Shown: one piece after another, positions 28,763 to 37,844 of the stretch
How the letters are laid out: each line of letters opens with the position of its first letter
Numbering within the stretch: position 1 is the stretch's first letter
From: an uncultured Spirochaetaceae bacterium
GTDB taxonomy: Bacteria; Spirochaetota; Spirochaetia; DSM-27196; PWMO01
Assembly: GCA_964631585.1 (NCBI GenBank)
Contig: CAZVXU010000002.1
Span: forward strand, 1-51,415
DNA length: 51,415 bases
Reading direction: 5' to 3'
Program-made: the position numbers and the translations under genes
Notes under the pieces: model-generated
The model's database searches: none
Told to the model about the DNA's origin: nothing
Seen by the model: the letters and a program-made list of their open reading frames with translations, nothing else

Positions 28763-29242
28763 ATGCCGGGTCGCGCCGTTATCCTTGAAGACTCCAACGG
28801 GGGGCGGATCGCCGACCCCTCCGAGTCCCAGATCCTCAGCACGGTAGAGCACATCGGAGACTCTCTCGACCACTGCATTCTACATCTCGGTGACGAAGAG
28901 TATCTACAAACAGCGGGCGAACGCAATCGCCTTTTCATCGAGTACGCCGACGTCGGGGGCATGTTTCGCAGCGCGAAGGCAGACTTCGATGCGGCCACGG
29001 TCGCTCGGATCTTCACGTCTGCCGGGCAGGGCTCGCACGGTTGGAAGCGGGAGTACGTGTTCGAGCGTACCGATACAGGAGCCGGAGCTGCGGGCACGGG
29101 CACGGGCACGGGTGCCGGGGCGGAAGGCTCGCTGAAAGACCAGCTTCTCGACTCGGTCAAGAAGGGCGTGCAGCGGGAGGCGTCTTACGGCGTCGGGCGC
29201 ATGGTCCGGGGGCTCATCCGCAACGTAACGCGGCGTCGGTAG
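28763..29242 (+). CDS. hypothetical protein
   Basis: ATG at 28763 within ORF 28676..29242 (MPGRAVILEDSNGGRIADPSE...), with AGGAGGGA upstream. It contains a (Gly-Thr)n linker and a basic amphipathic C-terminus. No recognisable family. Confidence 0.55.
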   Translation: MPGRAVILEDSNGGRIADPSESQILSTVEHIGDSLDHCILHLGDEEYLQTAGERNRLFIEYADVGGMFRSAKADFDAATVARIFTSAGQGSHGWKREYVFERTDTGAGAAGTGTGTGAGAEGSLKDQLLDSVKKGVQREASYGVGRMVRGLIRNVTRRR

Positions 29243-29255
29243 AGATCCGGGGATC

Positions 29256-30173
29256 TCAAAGGCTGCTGACCGAGACCTCCATCCACCACGATATGGAGCC
29301 GCCCGGCGGCAGCCGTGGAAGACGCCCGAGGCGAGCCGCCGCCGACAATGTGTCCATGGGGGCGGAAGCGGGTTCGATCGCGAGGTTCCTGTGGCCGAAC
29401 AGCCCGCCTGCGTTGCACCACACGCCGAACCACGGCGTAACCGCGGGGTCAGCCCGCACCGAGATGCCGAGTTTCGCCTCGGGGTTGAGAAGGGTGAGCG
29501 CTGCGGTGGGGTCGGTGTTGGGACGCTCGAAGAAGTACTTCATCGCAACACCGCTCTCGGGATCGGGAAGGACGTCGAGCTCGGGTCGGCGGCCGGGATA
29601 TCGATAGAGGCGATCATAGCCGCGCATGGCCGGGGAATCGTAGGCGTTTCGTACCCTGTCCCAGCCCGGGGGTGCGACAAGCCGGTTCCCTTTGCCGAGG
29701 GCAAAGAGCGGGTGAGCAGCCCACATCCACGGCAAGTCATTATCGCCTCCGTTTTCCAACCGGTACTCGTTGCGGACGGTGGCTCCCGTCAGGATGGTGG
29801 TGCGGGTCAGGCGGTATGGAAACGCCTCGCCGGTTACTTCAAGCGTGATCCGGGGCGCATCATCCGTTTCGATGACTTCCACCACCTGCCAGGGAAGGGT
29901 CCATACTTCGCCGTGGTCCGGTACGATCATACGAGTGCCGCTGGTGTCCTCGAATGTCTCCGCACCGATAGCCGGAAACATTTCGTCCCATCCCCAGGCC
30001 TGAGAGGCATCGAAGGCCACCGACGGATCCCCGGTGAGGCGAGTGTCCGCCGGCGACGTTGCCGGTTGCCATAGAAGCTCAGCGCGATTCGACTTGTGCC
30101 AGAGGCTGGATGTTTTCGCTCCGCGCTTCGGCAGTATGGTCAAGCGAAGGTCCCGACTCTCGAGAACGTGCAT
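29256..30173 (-). CDS. aldose 1-epimerase (galactose mutarotase-like) family protein
   Basis: 305 aa. Mutarotase-like features: ...DEMFPAIG..., VPDHGEVW, WAAHPLF, IEPASAP. It lies 7 nt downstream of the DUF5107 gene. Confidence 0.65.
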   Translation of the reverse strand: MHVLESRDLRLTILPKRGAKTSSLWHKSNRAELLWQPATSPADTRLTGDPSVAFDASQAWGWDEMFPAIGAETFEDTSGTRMIVPDHGEVWTLPWQVVEVIETDDAPRITLEVTGEAFPYRLTRTTILTGATVRNEYRLENGGDNDLPWMWAAHPLFALGKGNRLVAPPGWDRVRNAYDSPAMRGYDRLYRYPGRRPELDVLPDPESGVAMKYFFERPNTDPTAALTLLNPEAKLGISVRADPAVTPWFGVWCNAGGLFGHRNLAIEPASAPMDTLSAAARLGRLPRLPPGGSISWWMEVSVSSL

Positions 30174-30180
30174 CGTCCCC

Positions 30181-33100
30181 TCAATCTCGCGGTGCGGTCG
30201 CTTCCCGCATGTAGATCGCAGTAACCGATCCGTCGTTACTCGAGCTGCTTCGAAGCAGCTCCGCTGCGAAATGTGCTCCGGCGTTACCAGGGTCCGATCC
30301 CAGTATCAGATTCAGGTTGCTATCCGCCACTCGGGGCCGCCCCAATCCCCACTCGCCGAGCGCCCACAGGTAGAGACAGAAACGCCGATTGCGCTCGTCG
30401 AGATCCTCCTCGAACACGAGAAAATCGGGCAGGGACACTGCGAAGTAGTCGATCTGAATGTCGTCATCCAGATGGGTCTCACCGTAGTCGCGAAGACGAT
30501 GCAGCAGGCGCCGTGCATTGGTCTCGTTCCCGAGCAGACGCCAGGCGAGTGCCTGGTAGAAGATGGCGTCGGCAGGGCGATCGTTGTAGTAGAAGGACAT
30601 TTCGGGCGCCTCTTCTCCGCGTGCTGCTGCACGAAGCGCGGCCTCGCGCGAGGTCTCGTCGCCGAGTGCGGCATGCGCGCATGAGAGCCAGAAGTCGATC
30701 TCATTGTCGGCCTCCGCAGTCGGGAGCTTTCCCTCTCCGAGATTTCGCGGATAGACCTTCGCCGCCTCGAGTCGATCGATTGCGTCGTGTGCACCTCCGG
30801 CGTCCAGGTCCGCCCGGGCCATCTGAATCAGTGCTCGCTTATACTGTCCCGGGACCTTGCCCTCGCCTCCTTCCCAGGGATGAAACCGGTGCGTCGACAG
30901 CACCTCGAGGGCCCGCTCCGACCGGCCGGTGAGGTTGAGAAGCTCGACATACGAGACGGTGAGGTCGTCGCGTGTGAATATCGTGTCCGCATGTCGTTCC
31001 AGTATTTCCAGACGTTCGGATGGGCGGCGGCCCAGGCGTCGCATCAGCACGTCCATCTCCAGAATGATCTCGGCATCCCCCGGGGCGAGCGACAGGGCGA
31101 GCTCGAGCTCGCGGTGGGCCTCCGCGGGATCGCCGCGCTTGTTGTAGTGGCTGAGGGCCAGATTCCGGTGCACAGTTGGAAATGACGGAGCCTCTGCGGC
31201 GGCCTGCACCCACTGTTCGTGCGCTCGTGCATGAGCACCCGCGGCGAAGTAGTAGTTGCCGAGCTCGTAGGCCGCCATGGGCGCCGGCGCTATTTCCCGG
31301 GCGACGTGCAGCACCGGTATCATCTCCAGCTGATTGGGGAAGGAGGCTCCCCGGGCGCAGGCTTCCGCCTCCGATACGGTTTGTTCTGCTGCGGCCGGCT
31401 TGCCGAGCTCGTGCTGATACACCGCTTTGACGTAGAGGGGCAGAGGATCGAGTTGATCCGTTTCCTCGGTGTAGCGGTTCACGAGCTCGATTGCGTCCTC
31501 GCGGAATCCGGAATGCCCGTAGGCGAACAGGATTTCGCAGAGAAGCTGCGGCTTGCCGGAGAGATACTGTGGCCATTCGCCCGGCCAGGTCTGAAGCATG
31601 CGTTCGGTCTCCGCGAGGTGGTTGACCGGAAAACGCTCGAGGCTTTCGCGGTTTCGCTCTTCCGCTTCGGTGCTTCGGCCGAGTTTCCGCAGAATGACGG
31701 TGCGCAGATGAGAGGCACGGAAATGAGCCGGATTGGTGGCCAGCGCCGTTTCGAGGTGTCCGAGCGCCTCCCCGAGCACTCCCCGCGAGGCGTCGATGCG
31801 CGCCAGGAAGAACGAGCTCTCAGCCCTCAGCGGCATGTTCCACGCTGATTTGGAGAACCAGTCGTACGCCTCGAGCTCCCGACGCCGGTACCAGAGTGCG
31901 AGGCCCAGATTGAACAGCGGCTCGCCGCCGTACGGATTGGGGTTCCGCTCCAGAAGACGGGCGCACGCGGTGCGGAACAGCCGCTCGGCAGCCGTAAAAT
32001 CCCCCTGCTTGAGCCTACGGAGCCCGAGGGCATTGTTCGCGCCGCTGTGTCCGGCATCACGCTTCAGTACCTCATGGTAGTAGGGCTCCGGGGAAAAGGT
32101 CGCGTGGCGGTACTGCTCGATATGGCGCCCCCAGAGGAAAAGCTCCTCGGTGGCGGCGATCCGGGCAGGTGGTGGCGCCGCCTCCGCCGGCTTTGCAGGG
32201 GGACGCTCGCCTTCGGCTGCAGCCGGGTAACGCAGGAGCTCCGCACCCGTGGTATCGCAAAGGCGAAAGGTACAGGCCTCGGGGTGTTTCAGGTTCTTGA
32301 CGGTCCGGCTCGCGCCGGCGGCCGGAGAGAGAGTCAGCTCTTGCTGCGCCTCCACCACGCCGTCACGCTCGATACGTACCGTTACCGCGAGCTCTTCAGT
32401 TGCGTAGAGGTGTACCACGATGCGCCCCTGGTGACTTTCGGAATCGAGAGCCAGAACCACTCGCTCCGATGCGGCCTTCACCGGCATGGCGCCTTTGAAG
32501 GGAAAGAAGTACTGCGTGAAGCGCTTCTCTTCGCCGGGCTGCAGCCAGGAGAAGTCCGGCTGGTTGTCGGTGTAGACGCCCGTCATGAGCTCCACGTAGG
32601 GACCATCGTCATCGGTGAGGTTGCGCTCCCAGGCCTGTCCGAAGTCCGCCGTGCCCCAGGTCCACATCTTCTTCCCCGGCGAGACGTGGTGATCGGCAAC
32701 ATGCAGGATGCCCGCCTGCCGCCCGTGGTCGTAGCCGCCCACGAAGTCATAGTCACTGTGGTATGCCATGTAGGATGTCGGTACCGGCACGTTCTTGTAC
32801 CAGGAGATATCCACTCCGCGGGAGTAGTCGACCTTGTAGTACTCGCCGGTTGCTACCGGAAACCGCGACAGATCCCGCTTGCCGTGGTCGAATACCGCCG
32901 TCACATCGGGCGGGAAGACCGCCTGATAGTCATCGTTGACGCTGACAGCCGGATTTGCCCACCACAGGAAGGTTTGCGGCAAAGGTGTGGGGTTGTAGAC
33001 CCGCCCGTTGATTTCGAGAACTGCTCGGTCGGGATACAGGCGGAAGCCGGCGGCGCTTCGCGTGCGAAACATCTTCTCCCACTCGGATACCCACACGGTC

Positions 33101-33537
33101 ACCGACCCATCGTCTCCGTGACGGATCTCGTACTCTGTCGGCGCAAAGGTTGACGGGCGGTGGTGCTGCGGCCAATTGAACTCGATACCGCCGGAAATCC
33201 ACGGGCCCGCGAGTCCCACCAGTGCGGGCTTGATCACCCGATTGTAGTATACGAAGTGGTAGTCATTGGTCTTGTCCAGCGCCATTTGCACCCGACCGCC
33301 GAGCTCCGGGAGGATCATGATCTTCAGATACCGGTTCTCGAGGAATACGGCGTCATATGACTGCGGCCGAGGTTCATCGGCAACTCCGTGGATCATGCGG
33401 TAGGGATACACCGCGCCGGAGCTGCCCTGGTACACCCGCTTCTCGAGAAACATCGGGTTGTCGTCCGGCTCCGCGGTGGGATAGGTGGGAATGGTGACGG
33501 TTTCGTTCCATGCTTCGGCCTGTTCTGCACGTCTCAT
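30181..33537 (-). CDS. DUF5107 domain / TPR-repeat protein
   Basis: 1118 aa with no signal peptide. The N-terminal ~330 aa (PMFLEKRVYQGSSGAVYPY...GPWISGGIEFNWPQHHRPSTF) matches what I recall of DUF5107. The C-terminal ~600 aa is helical and TPR-like. Confidence 0.7.
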   Translation of the reverse strand: MRRAEQAEAWNETVTIPTYPTAEPDDNPMFLEKRVYQGSSGAVYPYRMIHGVADEPRPQSYDAVFLENRYLKIMILPELGGRVQMALDKTNDYHFVYYNRVIKPALVGLAGPWISGGIEFNWPQHHRPSTFAPTEYEIRHGDDGSVTVWVSEWEKMFRTRSAAGFRLYPDRAVLEINGRVYNPTPLPQTFLWWANPAVSVNDDYQAVFPPDVTAVFDHGKRDLSRFPVATGEYYKVDYSRGVDISWYKNVPVPTSYMAYHSDYDFVGGYDHGRQAGILHVADHHVSPGKKMWTWGTADFGQAWERNLTDDDGPYVELMTGVYTDNQPDFSWLQPGEEKRFTQYFFPFKGAMPVKAASERVVLALDSESHQGRIVVHLYATEELAVTVRIERDGVVEAQQELTLSPAAGASRTVKNLKHPEACTFRLCDTTGAELLRYPAAAEGERPPAKPAEAAPPPARIAATEELFLWGRHIEQYRHATFSPEPYYHEVLKRDAGHSGANNALGLRRLKQGDFTAAERLFRTACARLLERNPNPYGGEPLFNLGLALWYRRRELEAYDWFSKSAWNMPLRAESSFFLARIDASRGVLGEALGHLETALATNPAHFRASHLRTVILRKLGRSTEAEERNRESLERFPVNHLAETERMLQTWPGEWPQYLSGKPQLLCEILFAYGHSGFREDAIELVNRYTEETDQLDPLPLYVKAVYQHELGKPAAAEQTVSEAEACARGASFPNQLEMIPVLHVAREIAPAPMAAYELGNYYFAAGAHARAHEQWVQAAAEAPSFPTVHRNLALSHYNKRGDPAEAHRELELALSLAPGDAEIILEMDVLMRRLGRRPSERLEILERHADTIFTRDDLTVSYVELLNLTGRSERALEVLSTHRFHPWEGGEGKVPGQYKRALIQMARADLDAGGAHDAIDRLEAAKVYPRNLGEGKLPTAEADNEIDFWLSCAHAALGDETSREAALRAAARGEEAPEMSFYYNDRPADAIFYQALAWRLLGNETNARRLLHRLRDYGETHLDDDIQIDYFAVSLPDFLVFEEDLDERNRRFCLYLWALGEWGLGRPRVADSNLNLILGSDPGNAGAHFAAELLRSSSSNDGSVTAIYMREATAPRD

Positions 33538-33617
33538 GATCCGATTGTAGACCCGAAACCGGGAGAAAGGTATGGACCGCCGCGCAAATACATGGACAAA
33601 ACGATAACGCCCGAGCT

Positions 33618-34535
33618 ATGCTTGCCGTCATGGACCGGCTCGGCTCAGGGCCGCGAAAGCCGCACGGCTTCAGCGGAGAGATCTACCAGATCGTGCCTCA
33701 TCGTGTGCGGGGCGACTTGCGGTCCCGCCCGCTTACTCACGAATTGGCGGTCACCGATATCGGACGGTATCCCCGGGCATACGGCCACTTCTACCGCAGG
33801 CGAAGCGGGGCGGAGGAACACATCCTCATCGTCTGCGATTCCGGCTCCGGATTCTGCAAAACAGCCACCGGGTCCCTTCTCCTCGGCCCGCGGCAGTTCG
33901 TTCTCATACCGGCAGGCACCCCGCACGAGTATGGCGCCGACGATGATGACCCCTGGACGATTTCATGGTGCCATTTCACGGGCGTCTACGGAGACATCCT
34001 CGTGCAACGACTCCCGCTCACCCGGGCGCCGTACAGCATTGCCCCGCTCACCGAAACCGAGGCACACGGACTGTTCGAGCCGGCGTTCGACGTGATGAAG
34101 CGCGGGTTTTCGCTGGAGCACCTGACGGTCGCCTCGGCCCTCATTCGGGCCGTCCTTACGGTTCTCGCCTTCGACAATCCGGCCCTGGAAGTCGGCTTCG
34201 ATCGCCTCGGAAACAGGTACGTCGAGGCCGCTGTCGAGTACGTCAATCGAAATCTGGACAAGGCGATGAGCGTGGACACGATAGCGGATGCAGTCGGTCT
34301 TTCGGCTTCACGGCTCACGCAGTTGTTCCGTCGCCATGTGGGGCAGTCGCCGAAACGTTACGTACGCCGCGAGCGCGTATTGCGTGCGTGCCACTACCTG
34401 GATGCTACCGATGCTCCGATCTCTCAGGTGGCGGAACTGGTGGGATACGCCGATCCGTTGCACTTCTCGCGAGTGTTTCGTCAGGTGCTCGGTCGCTCGC
34501 CCCGTCAGTATCGGGCGCGGGAGCCGGCTTCATAG
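33618..34535 (+). CDS. AraC-family transcriptional regulator (cupin sensor plus HTH)
   Basis: 305 aa. The N-terminal AraC-type ligand-binding barrel is followed by two HTH motifs (MSVDTIADAVGLSASRLTQLFRRHVG and ISQVAELVGYADPLHFSRVFRQVLG). Confidence 0.88.
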   Translation: MLAVMDRLGSGPRKPHGFSGEIYQIVPHRVRGDLRSRPLTHELAVTDIGRYPRAYGHFYRRRSGAEEHILIVCDSGSGFCKTATGSLLLGPRQFVLIPAGTPHEYGADDDDPWTISWCHFTGVYGDILVQRLPLTRAPYSIAPLTETEAHGLFEPAFDVMKRGFSLEHLTVASALIRAVLTVLAFDNPALEVGFDRLGNRYVEAAVEYVNRNLDKAMSVDTIADAVGLSASRLTQLFRRHVGQSPKRYVRRERVLRACHYLDATDAPISQVAELVGYADPLHFSRVFRQVLGRSPRQYRAREPAS

Positions 34536-36327
34536 GCAGTACGACGTTGAAGGCGGTGTCTCCCGGTCTGCTGCGAAAGGTGATCACGCCCTCGTGCAGG
34601 TCTACGATGTGCTGGCACACGGCAAGGCCGAGCCCCGTGTTCGTCTTCGTGACTTTGGTGCTGAAAAAGGGCTTGAAGATATCGTCCTGCAGATCGGCCG
34701 GAATTCCGTGTCCCGTGTCCGAGATCGAGATCTCCACCTGACCGGTGTCGTGGTCCTCTTCCACGGTTAGCTTCAGAACCCCGCCGTGGAGCATGGCCTC
34801 TATCGCATTGGCGATCAGGTTGACGAAGAGCTGCTTGAGCTTGTTCTCGACGCCGTCAACATAGACCGGGCGGCCGGGAACGTAGCGGCTTACGGTTATC
34901 TGTTTGTCGCGGAGACGGTGGCCTACGAGAAGCACCACCTCATCGAGCAGACGAACCACGTCGACATGGCGTATGGGCAGCTGTTTTACTCGGGAGAATG
35001 AAAGCAAACTGCTTACCACTTCGGTGATAAGATTCACCTCGCCCTCGATTCGTTCGAGATATCCGGCCTGTTCCTCCGCTTCGTCGTTGACCTTGAGAAG
35101 CTCGAGATAGTTCTGGATAATCCCGAGGGGATTGTTTATCTCATGGGCCACGCCCGCTGCAAGCTCCGCGATCGAAGTCATCTGTTCCGCCCGCGCGAGA
35201 TACTCCTTGACGAGGTCATCCATCAGCACGTTTTCGATGAAGAGAATGGTTCCGAGAGCCGTCCCCTCGTAGTTTTTGATGGGGTGACATGCGAGCCGTA
35301 CCTTCCGATCCCCGGCAATCGGGACGCTCTCCCACGTGCGTGCGTCGCGCCGCTGCACCGCCGCGTGAATATCTTCCTGGTTACCTATGCCCAGATGGTG
35401 CAGAAGCGCTCGGAGCTCCGTTTCTCCCGGCTGTAGGTTCGGGTACTGCAGTAACTTTTCCGCCTCGGTATTTACCGCGAATACCCGCGTTTCGGCATCC
35501 AGTACGATGGCCGGGATTGGAAGATTCCTGATGAGCTGGTCGTTCTGTCGCCGCAGGTAGAGTGGGGCCCGATCGTCGTCGCCGTCTTGAAGGTAGGAGG
35601 TGAACTCGTAGGCCATTCGGACCAGACGTATTCTATCGAGATCACTCACACGTTCCGTTCCGATACGCTCCCCGTCTCTCAGCACGGTTACACGGTCCGC
35701 AAACTGGAATATCTCCTCGATATCCGGCGTTACAAACAGAACCGCTTTCCCGTTGGCCTTGAAGTCGGAGAGCAGGGCGAACAGCCGTTTCAGGCGATGC
35801 GGTTTGAATCGCGATGATATCTCATCGAGGATGAGAACATCCGGGTCCCGTGCCATTACGCGGACGAGCTCGATGGCCTGTTGCTGCTCCTCGGAGAGCG
35901 TTCGCAACGGTGCGTCAAAGTCGATGTCGAGATCGAGGCGGTCCAGCAGGTCACGGCAGCGGTTTCGCAGTCGGTTCTCATCCTTCCTGCGAATGATCAG
36001 CCGGTTGAGGTTGCCCACCGTCATATTGCGCCATGCGGTCAGTGCCGGCATGACCTGCAGGCGCTCCTGTATAAGTGCCACCCCGGCCTGGCGGGCACGA
36101 CGCGGTGTAAGCGAGTCACGCGAAGCTCCCTTCAGCTCGTAGGTGCCCGCCTGCATCGGCTCGATCCCGCCCGCAACGTGAGCAAGCGTCGATTTTCCGG
36201 ATTTGTGGTCACCGATGAGTGCATGTATCTCTCCGGCATACAAATCCAAATCGACCCCGCGGAGCGCGGTGTTCTCGCCATAGCTGTGTGTCAGCCCGCG
36301 CAGTCTTAGTAGAAGCTGCGGTTTCAC
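34405..36327 (-). CDS. cytoplasmic sensor histidine kinase with an N-terminal ABC-transporter ATPase-like domain (ABC_tran - PAS - HisKA - HATPase_c)
   Basis: 640 aa with a GTG start overlapping the regulator stop (GTGA at 36324-36327). There are no TM helices. Residues 1-245 align along their whole length with the N-terminal half of the AraG encoded at 39005. A PAS-like region follows, then the H-box AAGVAHEINNPL and N/G boxes (NLIANAIEA, DTGHGIP, GLGLAV). Confidence 0.85.
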   Translation of the reverse strand: MKPQLLLRLRGLTHSYGENTALRGVDLDLYAGEIHALIGDHKSGKSTLAHVAGGIEPMQAGTYELKGASRDSLTPRRARQAGVALIQERLQVMPALTAWRNMTVGNLNRLIIRRKDENRLRNRCRDLLDRLDLDIDFDAPLRTLSEEQQQAIELVRVMARDPDVLILDEISSRFKPHRLKRLFALLSDFKANGKAVLFVTPDIEEIFQFADRVTVLRDGERIGTERVSDLDRIRLVRMAYEFTSYLQDGDDDRAPLYLRRQNDQLIRNLPIPAIVLDAETRVFAVNTEAEKLLQYPNLQPGETELRALLHHLGIGNQEDIHAAVQRRDARTWESVPIAGDRKVRLACHPIKNYEGTALGTILFIENVLMDDLVKEYLARAEQMTSIAELAAGVAHEINNPLGIIQNYLELLKVNDEAEEQAGYLERIEGEVNLITEVVSSLLSFSRVKQLPIRHVDVVRLLDEVVLLVGHRLRDKQITVSRYVPGRPVYVDGVENKLKQLFVNLIANAIEAMLHGGVLKLTVEEDHDTGQVEISISDTGHGIPADLQDDIFKPFFSTKVTKTNTGLGLAVCQHIVDLHEGVITFRSRPGDTAFNVVLPMKPAPAPDTDGASDRAPDETLARSATDRRIPPVPPPERSEHR

Positions 36328-37637
36328 GAGTTGATACCGAGACGCTTCATTTTGTTGTACAGAGTCTTGCGGTGCATGCTCAAGAGCGCGGCGGCCTCGC
36401 TCTTGACGCCGTTACACCGTTGCAGGGCCCTCAGAATCATCTCCCGGTTGACGCTGTCGTGCAGATTGTTCATACGGTCGTCGAGCGTATCGGAGACCTG
36501 CTCGTACTGTTGCGGCAGATCGTTCTCACTGACGTAGCGGGCATCGCAGAATATGACTGCGCGCTCGACGGCGTTCTTTAGCTCGCGAATATTCCCCGGC
36601 CAGCTGTGGTTGAGAAAGACACGCATAACCGAATCGGTGAAGCCGACGACATCCCTCTCGTACAGGGTGGCGAACTTGTCGAGAAAATGCTGGGCCAGGA
36701 GCGGAATGTCGGTCCGCCGCTCTCTCAGAGGAGGCAGCTCCAGCTTTACGACCGACAGGCGGTAGTACAGGTCCTCGCGGAAGCTGCCGTCGCGTATTGA
36801 AATCTCCAGATCCTTATTCGTTGCGGCGATGATTCTCACGTCGGTGGACCGGGTTTCGTTGGAGCCGAGCCGCTCGAACTCGCCCTCCTGTAGCACCCTC
36901 AGAAGCTTTGCCTGGGTGACCGTGCTGAGCTCTCCGATCTCGTCGAAGAACAGCCCGCCACCCGCGGCGGCTTCGAACTTCCCGACGCGCGTGTCCTTCG
37001 CGTCGGTGAAAGCGCCCCGCTCGTGCCCGAAGAGCTCGCTCTCCAACAACGCGTCCGGTATGGCGGCGCAGTTGACTTTGACCAGCTTGCGTCCGGCCCG
37101 TGCACTGCGGGAGTGGATTTCGCTTGCAACCAGCTCTTTGCCGGTTCCGCTCTCCCCCACGATCACGACCGACACGTCGGTGGCTGCTATGCGGGTGATT
37201 TCCTCTATCAGACGGTGCATGCGGCTGTCGCGCGTTATGATCTGTCCCGTCGGCGCGGCATCCTTACGCTGAGCCTTGCGCGTCTTTAGAGTCTCGATTT
37301 CCTCCAGCAGGTCTTTCAACGGAACGGGCTTCTGATAAAAGTTGCGCGCCCCCACTCTCATTGCCTCGACGGCATGCTCAATGGTCGCCACGCCGGAGAT
37401 CATGATGACGGGCAATTCGGGTCGGATCGCGCGCACCCGCTGTAGGAGCGTCAACCCGTCGAGTCGCGGCATCTTCACGTCGAGAACGAGAAGGTCGAGA
37501 TCCGTTGAGTTGAGCATTTCGACGACACGGGCCGGCTGAGTCGTATAGAGGCTGCGCAACCCGTTTCGATCCAGGAGAGCCTGGAGCGATCTGCACATCT
37601 CCTCCTGATCGTCAACTATGAGGACCGTGAAATCCAT
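36324..37637 (-). CDS. sigma-54-dependent response regulator (NtrC family: REC - AAA+ - Fis-type HTH)
   Basis: 437 aa. Receiver (LIVDDQ, LLVLDVKMP). AAA+ domain with GESGTGKE, the GAFTGA-type loop ERGAFTDA and Walker B LFFDEIGEL. C-terminal HTH: AAALLSMHRKTLYNKMKRLGI. Confidence 0.92.
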   Translation of the reverse strand: MDFTVLIVDDQEEMCRSLQALLDRNGLRSLYTTQPARVVEMLNSTDLDLLVLDVKMPRLDGLTLLQRVRAIRPELPVIMISGVATIEHAVEAMRVGARNFYQKPVPLKDLLEEIETLKTRKAQRKDAAPTGQIITRDSRMHRLIEEITRIAATDVSVVIVGESGTGKELVASEIHSRSARAGRKLVKVNCAAIPDALLESELFGHERGAFTDAKDTRVGKFEAAAGGGLFFDEIGELSTVTQAKLLRVLQEGEFERLGSNETRSTDVRIIAATNKDLEISIRDGSFREDLYYRLSVVKLELPPLRERRTDIPLLAQHFLDKFATLYERDVVGFTDSVMRVFLNHSWPGNIRELKNAVERAVIFCDARYVSENDLPQQYEQVSDTLDDRMNNLHDSVNREMILRALQRCNGVKSEAAALLSMHRKTLYNKMKRLGINS

Positions 37638-37844
37638 GGTGGGAGCAATTGTAGAGGCAAAATCTCAGGCGGGCAACCAGTAATTGGAATCGACGCACTG
37701 TGGAATTTTTTGCACATGTGGCGTGGCGGCCGTAACGTCGTTGCACAGTGAATGCCGAATCATCAGACCGCACCGAGTCTCATGAGGGCGCACAACGTAC
37801 GATGACACAGCAAGTTGGCCGTCGGATTGCCGTCTCGGTGGAAC

